NCBI GenBank assembly: GCA_000934665.2
Contig: KZ538563.1
Coordinates: 1 to 61,560, forward strand
DNA length: 61,560 nucleotides
Reading direction: 5' to 3'
Origin: Catajapyx aquilonaris
Taxonomy: Eukaryota
The notes beneath the pieces are model-generated. The model saw only the letters and a list, made by a program, of their open reading frames with translations, had not been told where the DNA came from and did no database searches. The position numbers and the translations under genes were made by a program. Each line of letters begins with the position of its first letter. Positions within the stretch are counted from its first letter, which is position 1. Shown piece after piece: positions 1 to 11,400 of the stretch.

Positions 1-553
1 CCCCCCCCTCCCAGTTCTCGGTGATAGGCTGTGCAAGCTTAAGGTAAGATGTGTGGCAATGGTGGATAGTTAATTGATTATTAATTTGCCATATAGACAA
101 AATCGGCGGCCATCGTCGTGTTGTTAGCTTGTTGCGTTATTTTTATTGAAAATGGTTGGAGTTTTCCTGACCCTTTCAGAAATATTTGTTCCCTGCCCGA
201 TACATGTAAGTGTGGACGGGACTGTTCAAACCATTTTCAAATGTATTTCTTTTTTGTTACACCAATCGGGCAGGAAGCCAATGCCAAGAAGAGGTGTCTG
301 AATTTTCTTACATTGCCAGTTGGTTACTAATCCATCAACATTACACTGTTGCCTGGCTTTGGACTGTCAATCCTGATTGTTGATAACGTGGTTTCATGTC
401 AACAAGGAGGAATTATGTTGGCACTCACAAGGGGGGGGGGATATGAAGTGGGCTCTGTCAGATTTGCATGAAACGTGCACAGTAGGTGTATCACAGGCTT
501 ACAATTTCACTTGTATGGGCCATTTTATGCTACGGCCAGCCGTTTTAGATCTA

Positions 554-1473
554 CCTTACCCAAATCCCATAGTTTACGCGCGCCCAAAAAGTGGAGGGGT
601 GGGGTAGTAAGCAAAATGTGACAAAAAAATCCCAGTGAAGATTACATGGACCTTAGAATATATTGATAATGATGAAGAGTAACAACGGAGCTAGGATGGC
701 ACCAAAGTTAAAGTTAATTTGACAGTTCACAACTGAAAAAAATATGATTACACTTTGGACAGTGAATTTCGGTGGGGTCTGGTAATAATTGCTGTCACTA
801 CAGTAATTTGTTACATAGCAGGAGATTTATTTTAATGGCGAACCTGAGGGGCTGCACAAATTAATTACAAAAAATTTGTCGCTGAATTAAAAATGTCGAT
901 ATATCATTTAAGTTTTCAGAATTTCCTACCCCTTTGCTGAACTACATTTATCATTGTTATTTATTAATAAATTAAAATGTGGTGACATTGTGTATTTAGA
1001 CCTCAGTGCAATGTGCTACGATAAAAAATTTCAATTGAATGAATGTGAAATGGCTTTTTAAATCCCTGCACTCAAAAATGCACAGAAAATTCGACATTTG
1101 CAAGCAGTGATAAACATTTTAAAATTCTGTGGTGGATTTTTTGTAATTAAATTTAATGCTGTCTTCAGGTTTGTGGGGCCCCTCAGGTTCATTATTAAAA
1201 TTAATGTCCTGCTACGTAACAAATTAATGTAGTGACAGCAATTATTATCAGACCCCACAGAAATTCACTGTCCAAAGTGTAATAATATTTGTTTCTGTTG
1301 TTAACTGTCAAATTAACTTTAACTTCGGTGCCATTCTAGCTCCATTGTTACTCTTCATAATTATCAATTCTAAAGTCCATGTAATCTTCACTGGGATTTT
1401 TTGTCACATTTTGTATACTACCCCACCCCTCCACTTTTTGGGGGCGCGCGTAAACTATGGGATTTGGGTAAGG
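554..1473. mobile_element. MITE with ~250-bp TIRs and TA target duplication
   Basis: ta|ccttacccaaatccc ... gggatttgggtaagg|ta; the empty site is preserved in the opposite arm of the host element (~2210). Confidence 0.85.
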
Positions 1474-1800
1474 TATGAGGAACAATAGATCCGCATGGGT
1501 GCGTTCAGGTGAGTAAGGTAAGGGGATGGGAAGCGCTAGGAAAGTGGACTGTTCAGTTTCCAGGGGCACCCAGCTAGTAAACAAGGTAACCAACAGCGCA
1601 ATTCTCCAGGGAGGGATCGAATCACATTAGAATCATATTCAGCTAGTTGTTGTTCTCTTGGCAAGCTGCTTTGCAAGTGAGGCCTGGTTTAACCGTTAAC
1701 GACTCGTACCAGTACTTAGGAGGCCGAAACACTTTAACTACTTAGGTGGGACCTGGGCAGCCCAAACAGTATATTTAAATCTCTGCTTATCAGCTAAATT

Positions 1801-2049
1801 GAGGGGTGTGGTGGAAAAACATGATAACTGACAAAGGTGTAATTTTTCAGGAGAGCAAATTGAAGTTTGCATTTTCTTAACAAATAATAGGGAATGCTGG
1901 TTTGGATCTAGTCCATGTGGCCGTCTCGTGCATGATACGTGAACTTGGGAGTATACCAAGCTGTTTGTCATGTCTTATACATAGTTGCTACGTGTTTAGG
2001 TCAAAAATGACAAAAATGTCAGTTATCATGTTTTTCCACCACACCCCTC
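1801..2049. mobile_element. MITE with GAG termini and AATT duplication (Sola-like)
   Basis: aatt|gaggggtgtggtggaaaaacatgataactgaca ... tgtcagttatcatgtttttccaccacacccctc|aatt. Confidence 0.7.
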
Positions 2050-3434
2050 AATTGTTATAGTGGACATTCCACATACAGAAAATTCAGTTCAGATCATTAA
2101 GCTTCCGAAAACGTAAAAATCACACGCTCAGTCAGGCACAGCCTTCTTTCCTAGCGCTTCCCGTCCCCTCACCTTACTCTCCTGAACACACCCATACGGC
2201 TCTATCGTTCCTCATAGATCTAAAACGGCTGGCCGTAGCAGAAAATGGCCCGCCCATACCAGTGAAATTGTAGGCCTGTGATACATGTACTGTGCAAGTT
2301 TCATGCAAATCTGACAGAGCCCACTTCATATCCCCCCCCCTTGTCAGTAAAAGAAGGTGCTGGTACAGAACCAACAACTTGTTAAGCTTATTGACATGAA
2401 AACATGATAAGAGAGAGCATTGAGTATGCAATACTTCACAACCAAGAATGGGTCCTTCATTCATTTCTTCCCGGGCAACGCTGGGTGCCGCAGCTATTAT
2501 AATATAAAGTAGCCTTAGTTTTGGAATGAAACTCCTGACCCAAGGAGTTGGCGACTAATGTATATTCTTTGTCCTATAATATTGCACATGCAGTCAAAAC
2601 AGCTAATTTGTGACGGATCAGTCATGTGAAATATATTGTATCACTAAGGTAGCTGTGAGCCAGGTTGTCCATTGCATGTGGGTGTGGATGCATACAAGTG
2701 CAGCTTGTGTGAGAAGTCAGTAGATCACCATCAATGCAATGTGTTCTAGGCCTACTTCATTGTTGCTGAATTTCTTCTGTTGACCAACAGGTGACTGGAG
2801 AGGGGGAAGGTCACTTAAGCTGTACTGGCTATTCAATATTAAAAGCAAGGTAGAAAGACAATAAAATAGGAACACAGTAAAACCTGTCATTAGTGGAATT
2901 AGGATTCAATGAAAACTGGTAGCTAAGCCAGTCATGACTTTGCAGCTGTTTGCTGAATGTGCTGCACTATTTGTCAATAATAGGATGGTATAGTTAATGC
3001 ATATGAATATTACTTATATCAACATGCATCCATTAGTTTTGGAAGGTTGGGTTAGAGAAGGTTATTGGATTTTAAAATAAGTTGTTATGCACACATTAGC
3101 AACAGGAGGTTAGGATTGTAGTTGGAATTAGTTATTTAGGTTTCTCAGTGTCAGTAACTGGGTTCTACACTGCAATTAGGTTATAATTTGATCCCTGACC
3201 CCAGCTAAAAGTTGCTATTTGTACCATGGCACTGTATTATGTTTCATGCAGTGAGAAAGTGCCTCATGTTAAAAGAAGAAGCTTTTTAAATATGCAGCAT
3301 TAGGTGGGATAAGTGCATCTGTAGTTGTTAACTGGGGCATGTGAAAGGTATTGCTGAACCATTTCATGCCTGCACGTGCACATCAGGTACAGTTTGTAAT
3401 CCAGCACAAGCAAGAGAAAGAGAGAGGGCAGGTA

Positions 3435-4835
3435 TACGAGGGCTGTTCAAGAAGAAACCGAACTTTGTCTATACAGACTCTATTGCTCAATTTGCAACAT
3501 TTTAACCCTTTCATTCCTGAATTTTTTGGGCCATTTCTTCTCTTTTTGAAAAAAATTTGTAGTAGGAGTGATATAATGAAAAACAATATTCTTCATTATT
3601 TATCATTTTTACTCGTGGTGGTCCTTTGGAATGTAAAAATGCCGAAAACATTCCCCTACTGGGTGTTCCAGAAATTTTTTAAATGCAATTAAATTAATTT
3701 AAATTTTTAAAATCACTACAAAATTGTTACGATGGTTGCAAAATAATACTAAAACACTGCACTATGAGAAATTCCTAAGAGTCCAGACTTATGGGACACC
3801 CTGTAATTACGCGGCCGGGTGGGGGGTTGTTTACCTTTCAAGGGCGCGAGCAAAATATAACAATCCGACTTTGTGGGTGCTGAGTCACCATCCACTAGAT
3901 GGCACAAGAAGTTTGACCCACAAAGTTTGCCTTCTGCATGCGAACGCTTTGCCGCCAGATTAATTGTTGCCATATGGCAACAGTGGGAATGAAAGGGTTA
4001 AGCTCACTGTCCCCTTCAAAGTAGTTCCCTCTACTGGTGATAGACAGTTTTTAATTTTTCTTCCATTGTTGGAATGATTCCTGGAACGCATTTTCTGTGA
4101 TTTTGCGCAGCGCTCTTGTCGCATTGTCCTGAATCGACTCGATTGTTCGGAAATGACGTCATTTCAAATTGGTTTTAAGTTTTGAATACAGCAAAAAGTC
4201 TGCTGGGGCTAAGTCCGGAGAATAGGGTAGATTGGCACAACTGACGTCTGCTGTTTTACCAGACAACTGATGATGAGCGATGTGTGAGCCAGCTCATTGC
4301 CATGGCGCAATATCCAAGTCTGGCTTTCCCACAATTTAGGCCTTTCCTGGGCACCTCAGCCCTCAAACGCACTGAAACATTCTGGTACAACACTGTTTGT
4401 CTGCCAATCTGACAACATGGTCCAAATTCATAAAGAAAAATGCCTTTCCAATCCAAAAACACAACCAGCATCACCTTGACCTTTGGCCGACTGATCTGTG
4501 CCTCTTTTGGTCGAGGAAACCCTTCCCAAGTATGTTTGGTAAAGCAATTGTAATGTCTCTGTAAAATGTATACAAATTTTTTAGAGAAATTTCACACACA
4601 CACGTTTTTCAAGCTCTCTCATTTTCACTTTCTCACTAATTCGACGAACAGCTTGTTGAAGTGCTCACTTAAGTGGATGTATCTCGATGTCCAATGGTCA
4701 TAGCGGAACGTGGCAAGTGGCAATTTGTTGTAAAGACATGTCGCTAGGTAGGCTACTGTCAGTAGCCTCAATACACTCTTTGTGCTGGTTGACGCCCTAT
4801 TTAAAAAGTTCGTTTCTTTTTGAACAGCCCTCGTA
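3435..4835 (-). mobile_element. Decayed mariner element; a partial second copy lies at ~57379-57845
   Basis: TIRs tacgagggctgttcaa / ttgaacagccctcgta; remnant peptide MLVVFLDWKGIF plus a YSPDLAP-like stretch near 4200-4225. Confidence 0.8.
3506..3997. mobile_element. piggyBac-type MITE nested in the mariner
   Basis: TTAA|ccctttcattcc ... ggaatgaaaggg|TTAA. Confidence 0.85.
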
Positions 4836-5284
4836 GGCCTACTTCTTTGTACCAAAGCATTTTTGTTTCTTGGTTGCTGCACTGCCTGTGACTTCTGCGA
4901 GATACTTGCTAGCCACATTGCAGTGAATAGTTAAGTTTCTATCAGCCAGTTATCCTACCACGCAGTTGTAGTGACATATTTAAGAGTATTACATGAATAC
5001 TTTGGAAAGTATGAATGATGGTGGGTAATAACTGTTGAATATGGCCTGATGGTGTGCATTTTCCCCACACCATGTGTGATTGGGACAAGTCCACCTCTGC
5101 TGCATTGGGACTGCACTGGGGCAAGTGCACTTCTGATGCAGGTGATAATATAGTATATTTTGGGCCATGTTACATTTATTCCTATCAATATTCAGTAACA
5201 GGAAGCTGTGGTGGAGATCAGTAGGTTTTGTTCTTCACATGTTTCTGACAGGATGCAGTTATTAGCAATGCAGTTTGTAAGTAG

Positions 5285-5294
5285 TAATAATAAT

Positions 5295-5369
<75 letters not shown>
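5285..5369. repeat. (AAT)n microsatellite, tail of a minus-strand retroposon (related copy 15598-15875)
   Basis: The repeat is followed by gggttagtgcacc...ggcatctggca in both places. Confidence 0.8.
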
Positions 5370-5370
<1 letters not shown>

Positions 5371-6199
5371 GGGTTAGTGCACCGCCCATTTATGGGCATC
5401 TGGCACGGTACCTTTATTTGCTTTTAGGTGTACAGCTACAATTTTGGTCCTTCTCCGTAACGCCCGGGTACCGCGAGCGATAGGGGGGTTCTAAACAAAT
5501 GCTGATGTGATAATTCTGTAAATTGTGCATTTTAGCTCAGGTTTCGATTATTATGTGGCACTAGCCCAATTGCAGCAGTACAGTAAGGTATATCATTGGA
5601 CACTGGAATTGTATAGAAAGTGCTCATACCTCAAGTACATGGGAAATGCACACACCATGCACAATTACTTTTGATTATTGCTGCTCTGGAAACACTACTA
5701 TGAGTCATTTACATTCTTATGATGTCTTAGTAATGGAGCAGAGTCTAGTAACTGCAAGCGAAATTTCATTTGCATTCAAGGAATATGATTGTGGAAACCC
5801 AAGAGGTGAATGACAGTAATCTATTACAAAGCTGGGGTGTGCTTTCCCCACTTCATGATATGGTATGAATGCCCGGATCTTTGTGAATAATGCCACCACC
5901 ATTTTGAAACCTCCATCACTGTCAGAAAGGAGGTGTGAATTTTTCCTCATCGGCATGTCTAAAATAATGTACATATGGAGCTGGAGACAACAATGCAACA
6001 TGTACGGGAAGATGTTCATGTTTTCATTGTTTCTGTTTGCACAGCAGATGCAAATAGTTGTGATTGTCACATTGCAGCTATTCGCTTCAATTTCTTTCCA
6101 CAAATAGTTGTTCATAATATATATAATAATATCCTGGTAGTGCTTGCCCTCTCGGTATGTAGCACAGACCTTTATTGGTACGACGTACATATTTGGAAC

Positions 6200-6452
6200 C
6201 TAATTATTGAAGCGCCCGGGCCCACGGGCAGGATGACAGGAGGGGATGTGCAAGGTGCAGTGCAATGTCTTTATGTGGCCATTTTTAGTGAACTCCCCTG
6301 TGTGGTTTAGTCTGTGGAAATACCACCCGAGACGAAGCCAGAGGTGACCCTGAACTCTGCACGAGATGAAGGGGGTGTCCTCGGGCAGGGATCGAACCTG
6401 GGACCTTAACATTCGTGGGCGCATACGTTACCGCAGCACCACTCCGCCTCCC
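6200..6452 (-). mobile_element. tRNA-derived SINE (related copy ~58500-58830 with TSD attttcaaggac)
   Basis: Minus-strand head gggaggcggagtggtgctgcggtaa...ggttcgatccc with A- and B-box-like motifs. Confidence 0.7.
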
Positions 6453-6605
6453 CTAAGTTGTTCATAGTTCTTGTGTCCTACACAGGCTTTTTGTAAGGAA
6501 GAAAAAATAGTTTGCTTTTTTAATAAGAGGGAGAGTCCTAGCTTGTTGGATACAAAATGCTTAGGCTCAAGTGAATAACATGATTGATCTCTGCCCTCAA
6601 TCTTA

Positions 6606-7234
6606 TACAGGGTGTTTCTTACTAGTATGGCCAACAGCCATCTGTGTATTCCTTGGGCCACCGTCTTATAATAGTCAGTTCTGGTCACTCCCCCTCTTAT
6701 CGCATTCAGGGGTCAACGGGGTGGTAATGCGTTTTGTGACAGCTGCAGCACTGAACTGCTGCTGTGATGCTTAGTGGGGCTCCTATGCACTTAATAGATT
6801 TCTGCCGTGTCTTCTATTAAATGCATCTTTGCCCACTAGGTTCGCGGCAATTGCTGCAGCGGCCACAAAACGCATTACCACCCCGTCAACCCCCTGAACA
6901 GGGATTTATAGAGATTGGGTACAAGTGACAGGGGGCTGCCTTGGGCCATAGCAAGTCGAAAATGTTGGGGAGAAAAATGTTGAGGGACCAAACATTAACA
7001 TGATAGATGACCAGAAATATTGGACAGTGGTTGCCTAAAGAGCAGGATATGGGCATGAAAATCATGACTGTTGGGATTTGTGAGATCACTTCTTTCATTT
7101 TGGTGATTATCACCGCTCATATCCTGCTCCCTAGGCAACCACTGGCCAGTGTTTCTATTCATCTACCTTGTTAACTGTTGGTCCCAGGGAATACGTTGGT
7201 GGCGGTTTGCCATACTAGTAAGAAACACCCTGTA
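6606..7234. mobile_element. Tc1/mariner-type MITE (CAGGGTG termini) with a nested hairpin element at 6705-6898
   Basis: ta|cagggtgtttcttactagtatgg ... ccatactagtaagaaacaccctg|ta. Confidence 0.8.
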
Positions 7235-7709
7235 ATAATACATCCACTATCCCTACTGCACCACATATGATGGAATGATAAAGTCCAATTAACCAGAAAA
7301 TGGAGTTGTCAAGTGATGCATGGGATAATTTTCAAGGTGTTATGACCTGTCATTGACATGTTAATTACTCCTTCTGGATGACTGAGCATTATTGCTGCAC
7401 AATATCTTGTGTGGGAGAGTAGAATGAAGATATGGCAATGGTGCTTGACTACCTCATGCTCTTGACTAAACTCTACAACAGTTTTGCATGGAAGTATTGA
7501 TTATTACATCATCATTACAAGTACCCAGGTGTTCTGGTGTTTCTTTTTGAGATTAATTTCCCCAGTTGAAAGTACAGTGACACCTGCCACTAACAGACCC
7601 TGGATATAGCGGAAACCTGTACAGTAAGGAATTTCTGTTTGGTCCCAGTTGATGACATTTGCATGTGCCGAAACTTATTCAATAAGGAAAATTCTTCTGA
7701 CAGTGCAAC

Positions 7710-8293
7710 TACAGTAAAACTTCTATCAGTTGAATCTCCATGGGACCGGAAAAAAGTTCGAGTTATAGAAGATTCGAGTTAGAGAAGTTTGGAATTTTTT
7801 AAGCGCGTAACTCGATAAGGACACCTACCTTTATATCCAGCGACGAAAGGTGTTTAAGCCTTAAAAATAACTGTCATTATCACACTTACAATGTTCCTCG
7901 TCATTTTGTTGCAAAAAAACTTCCGTTATGGACATTTGCATACTCTAGATTCAAGGATTCAATTGTCACAATCGAGTTAAACACTTCTTTCGGTACGTCT
8001 GGTAGACGGAGATCAGGAAATTTAGCCTTTCTGTACATGTGGCCTACTCTCGACCCTTCGGCTGGGAAATGAGTAAATTTTCCGTACTCGCCAACATGAA
8101 CTTCGACTTAGGGAGACTCAAAATGCATTTATATCCCATCGTAAGGCCCTGCCAAAACTTCCAGTTAGGAAGAACTTCGAGTTGTAGAAATTCGAGTTAG
8201 GGAAGTTTATTCCCTATTATTTTACATTGTGACCAACCAAGCCCATCATTTCTTTCGACTTACGGAAGTTCGACTTATAGAAGTTTTACTGTA
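7710..8293. mobile_element. pogo/Tigger-like MITE (~585 bp), copy 1
   Basis: ta|cagtaaaacttcta ... tagaagttttactg|ta; colinear with 11046-11637. Confidence 0.85.
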
Positions 8294-8404
8294 TGGCCGA
8301 ACCAGGTTTAACTGTACTGCTGGCATCTTTTCTTCCTCAGAAACATATTTTGATGCATGTTTCCTACTCTTAATTTTTTCAGTTCAACAAGAAGTGTAAC
8401 TAAG

Positions 8405-11400
8405 ATGTCTGAGAAGCCCCAGGAAGTCAAGAAGAGCCCCCGCCTGGTCCGGCATCCCTCTAATACCAGCTGCACCGATTCCCACAAGATGTCCGAGGCT
8501 TTGAAGAGAATTCCATCTGAGAAGGATCCATTCAAGGTGGTGCGCTTGTCGTGCATTGCAAGGGGGGGGAGTGGCTTGCTGAGCTTGTCATCGTGAGTTC
8601 ATGAAATTATGCATGATCATACTATTCTTCCTGCCTTGCAAAGTTCCTGTCTTGACATATCATGACTCTGTAACAGCTTGATCCGCCACAAGTTACCTAA
8701 CTGGAACCTGGCGCAGCTCACCTACGATGAGTTTCACGGTGCCATATCCGAGTTTGGACTGACTGCTGAGGTGAGTCGCCAGCTCTTTGACGCCTGTATC
8801 ATGGAGAAGGAAGATCCTGAGAAGACAGCCCCAGAGAAGGACGATTCTGAGAAGGCAGCCCCAGAGAAGGACGATTCTGAGAAGGCAGCCCCAGAGAAGG
8901 AAGATCCTGAGAAGGCAGCCCTAGAGAAGGAAGATCCTGAGAAGGCAGCCGGAGAGAAGGCAGCTTCTGAGAAGCCAGCTGTGATGAGGATGCCTGTTTT
9001 TCTTGATAAAGTTCGGGTGAGTAGTAGTAGCAGATACTTATTGAATGATACATATTGCATAGGTTTCCATGGTCACATCCCCTTTTGACCAAGTGGTGTT
9101 AAGTCTAAACTAGATATTTACATGCCAGATTCCATCAATATCACTCTTAACAAGTATGCAGACAATGCGTCAGCAACTCCTTGGAACCGGTGTACACACT
9201 GGCCAAGGAACCAGGTGGAACCGGCTTGGAACCGGGTGGAACCTCCTGGTTCCAGGATCTGGTGTACACTTTTTTGGGGAGTTGCTAACCCCTTGTATGC
9301 AGATGATTAAGATTCCAACTTGGAATGCCTGTGTGTTATATAGTGTATATGTACTACAAGGTGTTAATCTGCCCACGTTTACAAACCTCATATGCTAGTT
9401 GATGGATTTGTTATTTAAAGTCGTGCCTTGTTCTTCGAACTTAACCCTTTGAGGCCTACGTGCATCATATGATGTCCCATCATACTTTCCCGCAGGGCCT
9501 ACTTGCATATGATGTTTTTAGATTTGCCTCGTAATTCTTCATATGCAGAGGGCAGCAGTGACTTGTAAACTGCTCAGACTGCCATCTCGTGGATGGTATC
9601 TCAACTGCCAATCATTTGGCTTGCACTAATGGGGTAAAAAATGGCCGTACTTGTGCACAGTGCTCCTGCCTGAGATGGCCTGACAACTTGGGACACTTTT
9701 CAAGTGCCACTCACCAATTTTCTTGAAATTCGGTGCATTGGTAGCCCACCCGAAGGGATGAAAAACGCACTTAAAGTTATGTGCTCAAAATCTCTGTGAC
9801 CCATTTTTGAGGGGGGCAGAGGTCAATGCATTGAATTTCAAGAAAATCAGTGAGTGGCACTTGGAAAGTGTCCCTTAGTGAGTCGAGGGGTTGTTCACTA
9901 AGGGTAATCCAGGTAGCCCAGTGGTAATCCGGGTAGTTCGAGGCAGCAGAATCGGGAGAAGCTGGCCAAGAACGAAATATGAGAACTTTCTTTGCGACAA
10001 TACAGGAGGATCTTATCACAATAGAAAATGTCCAACCTATCAGACTGCCGAATATCTTCAACGTGGGTTCCTTTGTTACACCACAATAACGTGTCAAACA
10101 TGGCTTCCTGTATCACAGGCAAAAGTAGCACCAAATAATATTTCATTGATTACGCAAAGTGCGATAGGGAATGTACAGAAACATATGTGACAACATTATA
10201 AGTATTGTGACCGAAGCAGTAGTGGTGGAGTGGATATGCTATCCTACTGCTAATCGGGAGGTCCTGGGTTCGAGTCCCGGAGGCCGGCGATCCTGACCGT
10301 GGTTTTCTGTGGTTACCCACGGTCCCCACAGGAGAATTCCGTGATTGCTTCCTAAATAATAGGCCACAGCCGCTTCCTTCCTTTCCTATCCTTGTCCCGT
10401 CCATGAGGAGGTCGAGGTGTGGTGTCGGTGGGGGGTTTGTGACCCGCATCTAGGGGGGTCATCTTGGCGAATGGACCCCCTGAGGGACTGCACACGACCC
10501 CCAACTTGATGACATTGCACATGCACCAGTGTCCCCCCCTCATTATCCCTAACCTGTCCCCTGCACCTAATGGTGGTATTCCACTCCCCTAAGAGGGCCT
10601 AGGGCCCTAGCACGGGGGTTCCAAAATAATTAAATAAATAAATAACATTAAGTATTGTGGGCTCTTTCTGTCCAATATTATGATATTTTTAAATCTTCCA
10701 TTATAAAGGCACAAAAAATTCAGAAGATAGCGATAATTTAAAAGTGACATTTTCACACAAAGTTAGGCCTACAGTCCTTTCGCCGCGTCTCTCCGCGACT
10801 TTTTGGTCAGTGGGTGATAGCCAATGTTATGATTGAGCTTGCTCAGGCAAAAAGTATTGCACATATCTTAGCTCTTGCTCGCTACGATTACGGATCTGCA
10901 ACCAAAAGAGATGGCAGAAGATCTGCGGTTCAATTGTGACCTGGGAAGTGCATGAATTTTCGAAATTGCCATTCAAGGAGCACATTTCGATAGAATGTGC
11001 ATGTGAATGAGTCATTGGAAGAACATGGCGGCCGTGAATCCAATATACAGTAAAACTTCTATAAGTCGAATCTCCATGGGGCCGGAAAAAAACTTCGAGT
11101 TATAGAAGATTCAAGTGAGAGAAGTTCGGATTTTTTTGAAGCACAGAAGAAGAACTCTATAAGGAAGCCTACCTTTTATATCCAGCGACAAAAGGTGTTC
11201 AAAACTTAAAAATAACTGTCAGTATCACACTTGCAATGTTCCTCATTGTTTTGCTGTAAAAAATCTGTTATGGACATTACCTATACTCTTAGATTCAAGG
11301 ATTCAATTGTCACAATCCAGTCAAACTCTTCTTTATGTACGTCTGGTAGATGGACATCAGGAAATTGAGCCTTTCTGTACATGTGGCCTCCTCTCGACCT

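Larger units (their letters stand above)
423..2348. mobile_element. Non-autonomous long-TIR DNA element hosting two nested MITEs
   Basis: The left arm (423-553 plus 1474-1550) is the reverse complement of the right arm (~2145-2348). Confidence 0.7.

Noticed and set aside
8804..8980. Regular 30-bp repeats as a CRISPR array
   Set aside because: They are head-to-tail units without unique spacers, lie in frame in a spliced exon, and have no cas genes nearby
10210..10290. tRNA genes at the tRNA-like heads (also 13067, 18509, 19995, 46465, 59510)
   Set aside because: Each continues into a SINE body, tail and TSD, and there is no clean acceptor stem
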